From NCBI GenBank assembly GCA_964016885.1, contig OZ024744.1, forward strand, positions 3,286,001 through 3,350,000: a stretch of DNA of 64,000 bases. Direction: 5' to 3'. Made by a program: the position numbers and the translations under genes. Numbering within the stretch: the first letter of the stretch is position 1; each line of letters opens with the position of its first letter. Shown piece after piece: positions 1 through 12,200 of this stretch. This stretch comes from Eledone cirrhosa (Eukaryota). The notes under the pieces were generated by a model that was not told where the DNA came from, made no database searches, and was given only the letters and a program-made list of their open reading frames with translations.

Positions 1-3000
1 ACGACGTTTTGAGGGAAGACAAGATAGAGAAAGATAGCTTGGTGAAGAACGACGTTTTGTGGGAAGACAAGGTAGAGAAAGATAGCTTGGTGAAGAACGA
101 AGTTTTGTGGGAAGACAAGGTAGAGAAAGATAGCTTGGTGAAGAACGAAGTTTTGGGGGAAGACAAGGTAGAGAAAGATAGCTTGGTGAAGAACGAAGTT
201 TTGGGGGAAGACAAGGTAGAGAAAGATAGCTTGGTGAAGAACGAAGTTTTGGGGGAAATCAAGGTAGAGAATAATAGTTTGGTGAAGAACGAAGTTTTGG
301 GGGAAGACAAGATAGAGAAAGATAGCTTGGTGAAGAACGAAGTTTTGGGGGAAGACAAGGTAGAGAAAGATAGCTTGGTGAAGAACGACGTTTTGTGGGA
401 AGACAAGGTAGAGAAAGATAGCTTGGTGAAGAACGAAGTTTTGGGGAAAGACAAGGTAGAGAAAGATAGCTTGGTGAAGAACGAAGTTTTGGGGGAAGAC
501 AAGGTAGAGAAAGATAGCTTGGTGAAGAACGAAGTTTTGGGGGAAGACAAGGTAGAGAAAGATAGCTTGGTGAAGAACGAAGTTTTGGGGAAGACAATGT
601 AGAGAAAGATAGCTTGGTGAAGAACGAAGTTTTGGGGGAAGACAAGGTAGAGAAAGATAGCTTGGTGAATAACAAAGTTTTGGGAGAAGACAAGGTCGAG
701 AAAGATAGCTTGGTGAAGAACGAAATTTTGAGGGAAGACAAGGTAGAGAAAGATAGCTTGGTGAAGAACGACGTTTTGAGGGAAGACAAGATAGAGAAAG
801 ATAGCTTGGTGAAGAACGACGTTTTGTGGGAAGACAAGGTAGAGAAAGATAGCTTGGTGAAGAACGAAGTTTTGAGGGAAGGCAAGGTAGAGAGAGATAG
901 CTTGGTGAATAACAAAGTTTTGAGGGTAGACAAGTTAGAGAAAGATAGCTTGGTGAAGAACGACGTTTTGAGGGAAGACAAGATAGAGAAAGATAGCTTG
1001 GTGAAGAACGACGTTTTGTGGGAAGACAAGGTAGAGAAAGATAGCTTGGTGAAGAACGAAGTTTTGTGGGAAGACAAGGTAGAGAAAGATAGCTTGGTGA
1101 AGAACGAAGTTTTGGGGGAAGACAAGATAGAGAAAGATAGCTTGGTGAAGAACGAAGTTTTGAGGGAAGGCAAGGTAGAGAAAGATAGCTTGGTGAATAA
1201 CAAAGTTTTGGGAGAAGACAAGGTCGAGAAAGATAGCTTGGTGAAGAACGAAGTTTTGAGGGTAGACAAGGTAGAGAAAGATAGCTTGGTGAAGAACGAC
1301 GTTTTGAGGGAAGACAAGATAGAGAAAGATAGCTTGGTGAAGAACGACGTTTTGTGGGAAGACAAGGTAGAGAAAGATAGCTTGGTGAAGAACGAAGTTT
1401 TGTGGGAAGACAAGGTAGAGAAAGATAGCTTGGTGAAGAACGAAGTTTTGGGGGAAGACAAGATAGAGAAAGATAGCTTGGTGAAGAACGAAGTTTTGAG
1501 GGAAGGCAAGGTAGAGAAAGATAGCTTGGTGAAGAACGAAGTTTTGAGGGAAGGCAAGGTAGAGAGAGATAGCTTGGTGAATAACAAAGTTTTGAGGGTA
1601 GACAAGTTAGAGAAAGATAGCTTGGTGAAGAACGACGTTTTGAGGGAAGACAAGATAGAGAAAGATAGCTTGGTGAAGAACGACGTTTTGTGGGAAGACA
1701 AGGTAGAGAAAGATAGCTTGGTGAAGAACGAAGTTTTGTGGGAAGACAAGGTAGAGAAAGATAGCTTGGTGAATAACAAAGTTTTGGGAGAAGACAAGGT
1801 CGAGAAAGATAGCTTGGTGGAGAACGAAGTTTTGAGGGTAGACAAGGTAGAGAAAGATAGCTTGGTGAAGAACGACGTTTTGAGGGAAGACAAGATAGAG
1901 AAAGATAGCTTGGTGAAGAACGACGTTTTGTGGGAAGACAAGGTAGAGAAAGATAGCTTGGTGAAGAACGAAGTTTTGTGGGAAGACAAGGTAGAGAAAG
2001 ATAGCTTGGTGAAGAACGAAGTTTTGGGGGAAGACAAGGTAGAGAAAGATAGCTTGGTGAAGAACGAAGTTTTGGGGGAAGACAAGGTAGAGAAAGATAG
2101 CTTGGTGAAGAACGAAGTTTTGGGGGAAATCAAGGTAGAGAATAATAGTTTGGTGAAGAACGAAGTTTTGGGGGAAGACAAGATAGAGAAAGATAGCTTG
2201 GTGAAGAACGAAGTTTTGGGGGAAGACAAGGTAGAGAAAGATAGCTTGGTGAAGAACGACGTTTTGTGGGAAGACAAGGTAGAGAAAGATAGCTTGGTGA
2301 AGAACGAAGTTTTGGGGAAAGACAAGGTAGAGAAAGATAGCTTGGTGAAGAACGAAGTTTTGGGGGAAGACAAGGTAGAGAAAGATAGCTTGGTGAAGAA
2401 CGAAGTTTTGGGGGAAGACAAGGTAGAGAAAGATAGCTTGGTGAAGAACGAAGTTTTGGGGAAGACAATGTAGAGAAAGATAGCTTGGTGAAGAACGAAG
2501 TTTTGGGGGAAGACAAGGTAGAGAAAGATAGCTTGGTGAATAACAAAGTTTTGGGAGAAGACAAGGTCGAGAAAGATAGCTTGGTGAAGAACGAAATTTT
2601 GAGGGAAGACAAGGTAGAGAAAGATAGCTTGGTGAAGAACGACGTTTTGAGGGAAGACAAGATAGAGAAAGATAGCTTGGTGAAGAACGACGTTTTGTGG
2701 GAAGACAAGGTAGAGAAAGATAGCTTGGTGAAGAACGAAGTTTTGTGGGAAGACAAGGTAGAGAAAGATAGCTTGGTGAAGAACGAAGTTTTGGGGGAAG
2801 ACAAGATAGAGAAAGATAGCTTGGTGAAGAACGAAGTTTTGAGGGAAGGCAAGGTAGAGAAAGATAGCTTGGTGAATAACAAAGTTTTGGGAGAAGACAA
2901 GGTCGAGAAAGATAGCTTGGTGGAGAACGAAGTTTTGAGGGTAGACAAGGTAGAGAAAGATAGCTTGGTGAAGAACGACGTTTTGAGGGAAGACAAGATA

Positions 3001-5719
3001 GAGAAAGATAGCTTGGTGAAGAACGACGTTTTGTGGGAAGACAAGGTAGAGAAAGATAGCTTGGTGAAGAACGAAGTTTTGTGGGAAGACAAGGTAGAGA
3101 AAGATAGCTTGGTGAAGAACGAAGTTTTGGGGGAAGACAAGGTAGAGAAAGATAGCTTGGTGAAGAACGAAGTTTTGGGGGAAGACAAGGTAGAGAAAGA
3201 TAGCTTGGTGAAGAACGAAGTTTTGGGGGAAATCAAGGTAGAGAATAATAGTTTGGTGAAGAACGAAGTTTTGGGGGAAGACAAGATAGAGAAAGATAGC
3301 TTGGTGAAGAACGAAGTTTTGGGGGAAGACAAGGTAGAGAAAGATAGCTTGGTGAAGAACGACGTTTTGTGGGAAGACAAGGTAGAGAAAGATAGCTTGG
3401 TGAAGAACGAAGTTTTGGGGAAAGACAAGGTAGAGAAAGATAGCTTGGTGAAGAACGAAGTTTTGGGGGAAGACAAGGTAGAGAAAGATAGCTTGGTGAA
3501 GAACGAAGTTTTGGGGGAAGACAAGGTAGAGAAAGATAGCTTGGTGAAGAACGAAGTTTTGGGGAAGACAATGTAGAGAAAGATAGCTTGGTGAAGAACG
3601 AAGTTTTGGGGGAAGACAAGGTAGAGAAAGATAGCTTGGTGAATAACAAAGTTTTGGGAGAAGACAAGGTCGAGAAAGATAGCTTGGTGAAGAACGAAAT
3701 TTTGAGGGAAGACAAGGTAGAGAAAGATAGCTTGGTGAAGAACGACGTTTTGAGGGAAGACAAGATAGAGAAAGATAGCTTGGTGAAGAACGACGTTTTG
3801 TGGGAAGACAAGGTAGAGAAAGATAGCTTGGTGAAGAACGAAGTTTTGAGGGAAGGCAAGGTAGAGAGAGATAGCTTGGTGAATAACAAAGTTTTGAGGG
3901 TAGACAAGTTAGAGAAAGATAGCTTGGTGAAGAACGACGTTTTGAGGGAAGACAAGATAGAGAAAGATAGCTTGGTGAAGAACGACGTTTTGTGGGAAGA
4001 CAAGGTAGAGAAAGATAGCTTGGTGAAGAACGAAGTTTTGTGGGAAGACAAGGTAGAGAAAGATAGCTTGGTGAAGAACGAAGTTTTGGGGGAAGACAAG
4101 ATAGAGAAAGATAGCTTGGTGAAGAACGAAGTTTTGAGGGAAGGCAAGGTAGAGAAAGATAGCTTGGTGAATAACAAAGTTTTGGGAGAAGACAAGGTCG
4201 AGAAAGATAGCTTGGTGAAGAACGAAGTTTTGAGGGTAGACAAGGTAGAGAAAGATAGCTTGGTGAAGAACGACGTTTTGAGGGAAGACAAGATAGAGAA
4301 AGATAGCTTGGTGAAGAACGACGTTTTGTGGGAAGACAAGGTAGAGAAAGATAGCTTGGTGAAGAACGAAGTTTTGTGGGAAGACAAGGTAGAGAAAGAT
4401 AGCTTGGTGAAGAACGAAGTTTTGGGGGAAGACAAGATAGAGAAAGATAGCTTGGTGAAGAACGAAGTTTTGAGGGAAGGCAAGGTAGAGAAAGATAGCT
4501 TGGTGAAGAACGAAGTTTTGAGGGAAGGCAAGGTAGAGAGAGATAGCTTGGTGAATAACAAAGTTTTGAGGGTAGACAAGTTAGAGAAAGATAGCTTGGT
4601 GAAGAACGACGTTTTGAGGGAAGACAAGATAGAGAAAGATAGCTTGGTGAAGAACGACGTTTTGTGGGAAGACAAGGTAGAGAAAGATAGCTTGGTGAAG
4701 AACGAAGTTTTGTGGGAAGACAAGGTAGAGAAAGATAGCTTGGTGAATAACAAAGTTTTGGGAGAAGACAAGGTCGAGAAAGATAGCTTGGTGGAGAACG
4801 AAGTTTTGAGGGTAGACAAGGTAGAGAAAGATAGCTTGGTGAAGAACGACGTTTTGAGGGAAGACAAGATAGAGAAAGATAGCTTGGTGAAGAACGACGT
4901 TTTGTGGGAAGACAAGGTAGAGAAAGATAGCTTGGTGAAGAACGAAGTTTTGTGGGAAGACAAGGTAGAGAAAGATAGCTTGGTGAAGAACGAAGTTTTG
5001 GGGGAAGACAAGGTAGAGAAAGATAGCTTGGTGAAGAACGAAGTTTTGGGGGAAGACAAGGTAGAGAAAGATAGCTTGGTGAAGAACGAAGTTTTGGGGG
5101 AAATCAAGGTAGAGAATAATAGTTTGGTGAAGAACGAAGTTTTGGGGGAAGACAAGATAGAGAAAGATAGCTTGGTGAAGAACGAAGTTTTGGGGGAAGA
5201 CAAGGTAGAGAAAGATAGCTTGGTGAAGAACGACGTTTTGTGGGAAGACAAGGTAGAGAAAGATAGCTTGGTGAAGAACGAAGTTTTGGGGAAAGACAAG
5301 GTAGAGAAAGATAGCTTGGTGAAGAACGAAGTTTTGGGGGAAGACAAGGTAGAGAAAGATAGCTTGGTGAAGAACGAAGTTTTGGGGGAAGACAAGGTAG
5401 AGAAAGATAGCTTGGTGAAGAACGAAGTTTTGGGGAAGACAATGTAGAGAAAGATAGCTTGGTGAAGAACGAAGTTTTGGGGGAAGACAAGGTAGAGAAA
5501 GATAGCTTGGTGAATAACAAAGTTTTGGGAGAAGACAAGGTCGAGAAAGATAGCTTGGTGAAGAACGAAATTTTGAGGGAAGACAAGGTAGAGAAAGATA
5601 GCTTGGTGAAGAACGACGTTTTGAGGGAAGACAAGATAGAGAAAGATAGCTTGGTGAAGAACGACGTTTTGTGGGAAGACAAGGTAGAGAAAGATAGCTT
5701 GGTGAAGAACGAAGTTTTG
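1..5719 (+). repeat. Higher-order tandem duplication, period 2974 bp (62 monomers = 39 + 23)
   Basis: ORFs 614..2473 and 3588..5447 have identical 619-aa translations. Position 1 matches position 2975. Blocks bounded by 47-bp monomers are 1871 bp (39 units) and 1103 bp (23 units). Confidence 0.9.
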
Positions 5720-8700
5720 AGGGAAGGCAAGGTAGAGAGAGATAGCTTGGTGAATAACAAAGTTTTGAGGGTAGACAAGTTAGAGAAAGATAGCTTGGTG
5801 AAGAACGACGTTTTGAGGGAAGACAAGATAGAGAAAGATAGCTTGGTGAAGAACGACGTTTTGTGGGAAGACAAGGTAGAGAAAGATAGCTTGGTGAAGA
5901 ACGAAGTTTTGTGGGAAGACAAGGTAGAGAAAGATAGCTTGGTGAAGAACGAAGTTTTGGGGGAAGACAAGATAGAGAAAGATAGCTTGGTGAAGAACGA
6001 AGTTTTGAGGGAAGGCAAGGTAGAGAAAGATAGCTTGGTGAATAACAAAGTTTTGGGAGAAGACAAGGTCGAGAAAGATAGCTTGGTGAAGAACGAAGTT
6101 TTGAGGGTAGACAAGGTAGAGAAAGATAGCTTGGTGAAGAACGACGTTTTGAGGGAAGACAAGATAGAGAAAGATAGCTTGGTGAAGAACGACGTTTTGT
6201 GGGAAGACAAGGTAGAGAAAGATAGCTTGGTGAAGAACGAAGTTTTGTGGGAAGACAAGGTAGAGAAAGATAGCTTGGTGAAGAACGAAGTTTTGGGGGA
6301 AGACAAGATAGAGAAAGATAGCTTGGTGAAGAACGAAGTTTTGAGGGAAGGCAAGGTAGAGAAAGATAGCTTGGTGAAGAACGAAGTTTTGAGGGAAGGC
6401 AAGGTAGAGAGAGATAGCTTGGTGAATAACAAAGTTTTGAGGGTAGACAAGTTAGAGAAAGATAGCTTGGTGAAGAACGACGTTTTGAGGGAAGACAAGA
6501 TAGAGAAAGATAGCTTGGTGAAGAACGACGTTTTGTGGGAAGACAAGGTAGAGAAAGATAGCTTGGTGAAGAACGAAGTTTTGTGGGAAGACAAGGTAGA
6601 GAAAGATAGCTTGGTGAAGAACGAAGTTTTGGGGGAAGACAAGATAGAGAAAGATAGCTTGGTGAAGAACGAAGTTTTGAGGGAAGGCAAGGTAGAGAAA
6701 GATAGCTTGGTGAATAACAAAGTTTTGGGAGAAGACAAGGTCGAGAAAGATAGCTTGGTGAAGAACGAAGTTTTGAGGGTAGACAAGGTAGAGAAAGATA
6801 GCTTGGTGAAGAACGACGTTTTGAGGGAAGACAAGATAGAGAAAGATAGCTTGGTGAAGAACGACGTTTTGTGGGAAGACAAGGTAGAGAAAGATAGCTT
6901 GGTGAAGAACGACGTTTTGGGGGAAGACAAGGTAGAGAAAGATAGCTTGGTGAAGAACGAAGTTTTGGGGGAAGACAAGGTAGAGAAAGATAGCTTGGTG
7001 AAGAACGAAGTTTTGGGGGAAGACAAGGTAGAGAAAGATAGCTTGGTGAAGAACGAAGTTTTGGGGGAAGACAAGGTAGAGAAAGATAGCTTGGTGAAGA
7101 ACGAAGTTTTGAGGGAAGGCAAGGGAGAGAAAGATAGCTTGGTGAATAACAAAGTTTTGGGAGAAGACAAGGTCGAGAAAGATAGCTTGGTGAAGAACGA
7201 AGTTTTGAGGGTAGACAAGGTAGAGAAAGATAGCTTGGTGAAGAACGACGTTTTGAGGGAAGACAAGATAGAGAAAGATAGCTTGGTGAAGAACGACGTT
7301 TTGTGGGAAGACAAGGTAGAGAAAGATAGCTTGGTGAAGAACGAAGTTTTGTGGGAAGACAAGGTAGAGAAAGATAGCTTGGTGAAGAACGAAGTTTTGG
7401 GGGAAGACAAGGTAGAGAAAGATAGCTTGGTGAAGAACGAAGTTTTGGGGGAAGACAAGGTAGAGAAAGATAGCTTGGTGAAGAACGAAGTTTTGGGGGA
7501 AGACAAGGTAGAGAAAGATAGCTTGGTGAAGAACGAAGTTTTGGGGGAAGACAAGGTAGAGAAAGATAGCTTGGTGAAGAACGATGTTTTGGGGAAGACA
7601 ATGTAGAGAAAGATAGCTTGGTAAAGAACGAAGTTTTGCGGGAAGACAAGGTAGAGAAAGATAGCTTGGTGAAGAACGAAGTTTTGAGGGAAGACAAGGT
7701 ATAGAAAGATAGCTTGGTGAATAACGAAGTTTTGGGAGAAGACAAGGTCGAGAAAGATAGCTTGGTGAAGAACGAAGTTTTGAGGGAAGACAATGTAGAG
7801 AAAGATAGCTTGGTGAAGAACGAAGTTTTGGGGGAAGACAAGGTAGAGAAAGATAGCTTGGTGAAGAACGAAGTTTTGGGGGAAGACAAGGTAGAGAAAG
7901 ATAGCTTGGTGAAGAACGAAGTTTTGAGGGAAGACAAGGTAGAGAAAGATATATTGGTGAAGAACGAAGTTTTGGGGGAAGACAAGGTAGAGAAAGATAG
8001 CTTGGTGAAGAACGAAGTTTTGAGGGAAGACAAGGTAGAGAAAGATAGCTTGGTGAATAACGAAGTTTTGGGAGAAGACAAGGTAGAGAAAGATAGCTTG
8101 GTGAAGAACGACGTTTTGAGGGAAGACAACGTAGAGAAAGATAGCTTGGTGAAGAACGAAGTTTTGGGGAAGACAATGTAGAGAAAGATAGCTTGGTGAA
8201 GAACGAAGTTTTGGGGGAAGACAAGGTAGAGAAAGATAGCTTGGTGAAGAACGAAGTTTTGAGGGAAGGCAAGGTAGAGAGAGATAGCTTGGTGAATAAC
8301 AAAGTTTTGAGGGTAGACAAGTTAGAGAAAGATAGCTTGGTGAAGAACGACGTTTTGAGGGAAGACAAGATAGAGAAAGATAGCTTGGTGAAGAACGACG
8401 TTTTGTGGGAAGACAAGGTAGAGAAAGATAGCTTGGTGAAGAACGAAGTTTTGTGGGAAGACAAGGTAGAGAAAGATAGCTTGGTGAAGAACGAAGTTTT
8501 GGGGGAAGACAAGATAGAGAAAGATAGCTTGGTGAAGAACGAAGTTTTGAGGGAAGGCAAGGTAGAGAAAGATAGCTTGGTGAATAACAAAGTTTTGGGA
8601 GAAGACAAGGTCGAGAAAGATAGCTTGGTGGAGAACGAAGTTTTGAGGGTAGACAAGGTAGAGAAAGATAGCTTGGTGAAGAACGACGTTTTGAGGGAAG

Positions 8701-9284
8701 ACAAGATAGAGAAAGATAGCTTGGTGAAGAACGACGTTTTGTGGGAAGACAAGGTAGAGAAAGATAGCTTGGTGAAGAACGAAGTTTTGTGGGAAGACAA
8801 GGTAGAGAAAGATAGCTTGGTGAAGAACGAAGTTTTGGGGGAAGACAAGGTAGAGAAAGATAGCTTGGTGAAGAACGAAGTTTTGGGGGAAGACAAGGTA
8901 GAGAAAGATAGCTTGGTGAAGAACGAAGTTTTGGGGGAAATCAAGGTAGAGAATAATAGTTTGGTGAAGAACGAAGTTTTGGGGGAAGACAAGATAGAGA
9001 AAGATAGCTTGGTGAAGAACGAAGTTTTGGGGGAAGACAAGGTAGAGAAAGATAGCTTGGTGAAGAACGACGTTTTGTGGGAAGACAAGGTAGAGAAAGA
9101 TAGCTTGGTGAAGAACGAAGTTTTGGGGAAAGACAAGGTAGAGAAAGATAGCTTGGTGAAGAACGAAGTTTTGGGGGAAGACAAGGTAGAGAAAGATAGC
9201 TTGGTGAAGAACGAAGTTTTGGGGGAAGACAAGGTAGAGAAAGATAGCTTGGTGAAGAACGAAGTTTTGGGGAAGACAATGTAG

Positions 9285-12200
9285 AGAAAGATAGCTTGGT
9301 GAAGAACGAAGTTTTGGGGGAAGACAAGGTAGAGAAAGATAGCTTGGTGAATAACAAAGTTTTGGGAGAAGACAAGGTCGAGAAAGATAGCTTGGTGAAG
9401 AACGAAATTTTGAGGGAAGACAAGGTAGAGAAAGATAGCTTGGTGAAGAACGACGTTTTGAGGGAAGACAAGATAGAGAAAGATAGCTTGGTGAAGAACG
9501 ACGTTTTGTGGGAAGACAAGGTAGAGAAAGATAGCTTGGTGAAGAACGAAGTTTTGAGGGAAGGCAAGGTAGAGAGAGATAGCTTGGTGAATAACAAAGT
9601 TTTGAGGGTAGACAAGTTAGAGAAAGATAGCTTGGTGAAGAACGACGTTTTGAGGGAAGACAAGATAGAGAAAGATAGCTTGGTGAAGAACGACGTTTTG
9701 TGGGAAGACAAGGTAGAGAAAGATAGCTTGGTGAAGAACGAAGTTTTGTGGGAAGACAAGGTAGAGAAAGATAGCTTGGTGAAGAACGAAGTTTTGGGGG
9801 AAGACAAGATAGAGAAAGATAGCTTGGTGAAGAACGAAGTTTTGAGGGAAGGCAAGGTAGAGAAAGATAGCTTGGTGAATAACAAAGTTTTGGGAGAAGA
9901 CAAGGTCGAGAAAGATAGCTTGGTGAAGAACGAAGTTTTGAGGGTAGACAAGGTAGAGAAAGATAGCTTGGTGAAGAACGACGTTTTGAGGGAAGACAAG
10001 ATAGAGAAAGATAGCTTGGTGAAGAACGACGTTTTGTGGGAAGACAAGGTAGAGAAAGATAGCTTGGTGAAGAACGAAGTTTTGTGGGAAGACAAGGTAG
10101 AGAAAGATAGCTTGGTGAAGAACGAAGTTTTGGGGGAAGACAAGATAGAGAAAGATAGCTTGGTGAAGAACGAAGTTTTGAGGGAAGGCAAGGTAGAGAA
10201 AGATAGCTTGGTGAAGAACGAAGTTTTGAGGGAAGGCAAGGTAGAGAGAGATAGCTTGGTGAATAACAAAGTTTTGAGGGTAGACAAGTTAGAGAAAGAT
10301 AGCTTGGTGAAGAACGACGTTTTGAGGGAAGACAAGATAGAGAAAGATAGCTTGGTGAAGAACGACGTTTTGTGGGAAGACAAGGTAGAGAAAGATAGCT
10401 TGGTGAAGAACGAAGTTTTGTGGGAAGACAAGGTAGAGAAAGATAGCTTGGTGAAGAACGAAGTTTTGGGGGAAGACAAGATAGAGAAAGATAGCTTGGT
10501 GAAGAACGAAGTTTTGAGGGAAGGCAAGGTAGAGAAAGATAGCTTGGTGAATAACAAAGTTTTGGGAGAAGACAAGGTCGAGAAAGATAGCTTGGTGAAG
10601 AACGAAGTTTTGAGGGTAGACAAGGTAGAGAAAGATAGCTTGGTGAAGAACGACGTTTTGAGGGAAGACAAGATAGAGAAAGATAGCTTGGTGAAGAACG
10701 ACGTTTTGTGGGAAGACAAGGTAGAGAAAGATAGCTTGGTGAAGAACGACGTTTTGTGGGAAGACAAGGTAGAGAAAGATAGCTTGGTGAAGAACGAAGT
10801 TTTGTGGGAAGACAAGGTAGAGAAAGATAGCTTGGTGAAGAACGAAGTTTTGGGGGAAGACAAGATAGAGAAAGATAGCTTGGTGAAGAACGAAGTTTTG
10901 GGGGAAGACAAGGTAGAGAAAGATAGCTTGGTGAAGAACGAAGTTTTGGGGGAAGACAAGGTAGAGAAAGATAGCTTGGTGAAGAACGAAGTTTTGGGAG
11001 AAGACAAGGTAGAGAAAGATAGCTTGGTGAAGAACGAAGTTTTGAGGGAAGACAAGGTAGAGAAAGATATATTGGTGAAGAACGAAGTTTTGGGGGAAGA
11101 CAAGGTAGAGAAAGATAGCTTGGTGAAGAACGAAGTTTTGAGGGAAGACAAGGTAGAGAAAGATAGCTTGGTGAATAACGAAGTTTTGGGAGAAGACAAG
11201 GTAGAGAAAGATAGCTTGGTGAAGAACGACGTTTTGAGGGAAGACAACGTAGAGAAAGATAGCTTGGTGAAGAACGAAGTTTTGGGGAAGACAATGTAGA
11301 GAAAGATAGCTTGGTGAAGAACGAAGTTTTGGGGGAAGACAAGGTAGAGAAAGATAGCTTGGTGAAGAACGAAGTTTTGGGGGAAGACAAGGTAGAGAAA
11401 GATAGCTTGGTGAAGAACGAAGTTTTGGGGGAAGACAAGGTAGAGAAAGATAGCTTGGTGAAGAACGAAGTTTTGGGGGAAGACAAGGTAGAGAAAGATA
11501 GCTTGGTGAAGAACGAAGTTTTGAGGGAAGGCAAGGGAGAGAAAGATAGCTTGGTGAATAACAAAGTTTTGGGAGAAGACAAGGTCGAGAAAGATAGCTT
11601 GGTGAAGAACGAAGTTTTGAGGGTAGACAAGGTAGAGAAAGATAGCTTGGTGAAGAACGACGTTTTGAGGGGAGACAAGATAGAGAAAGATAGCTTGGTG
11701 AAGAACGACGTTTTGTGGGAAGACAAGGTAGAGAAAGATAGCTTGGTGAAGAACGAAGTTTTGTGGGAAGACAAGGTAGAGAAAGATAGCTTGGTGAAGA
11801 ACGAAGTTTTGGGGGAAGACAAGGTAGAGAAAGATAGCTTGGTGAAGAACGACGTTTTGTGGGAAGACAAGGTAGAGAAAGATAGCTTGGTGAAGAACGA
11901 AGTTTTGGGGAAAGACAAGGTAGAGAAAGATAGCTTGGTGAAGAACGAAGTTTTGGGGGAAGACAAGGTAGAGAAAGATAGCTTGGTGAAGAACGAAGTT
12001 TTGGGGGAAGACAAGGTAGAGAAAGATAGCTTGGTGAAGAACGAAGTTTTGGGGAAGACAATGTAGAGAAAGATAGCTTGGTGAAGAACGAAGTTTTGGG
12101 GGAAGACAAGGTAGAGAAAGATAGCTTGGTGAAGAACGAAGTTTTGGGGGAAGACAAGGTAGAGAAAGATAGCTTGGTGAAGAACGAAGTTTTGGGGGAA

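Noticed and set aside
583-590. TTTTGGGG (ciliate-type telomere repeat) and TTTTGAGGG resembling telomeric motifs
   Set aside because: They occur once per 47-48 bp monomer and never in tandem, so this is not a telomere tract.
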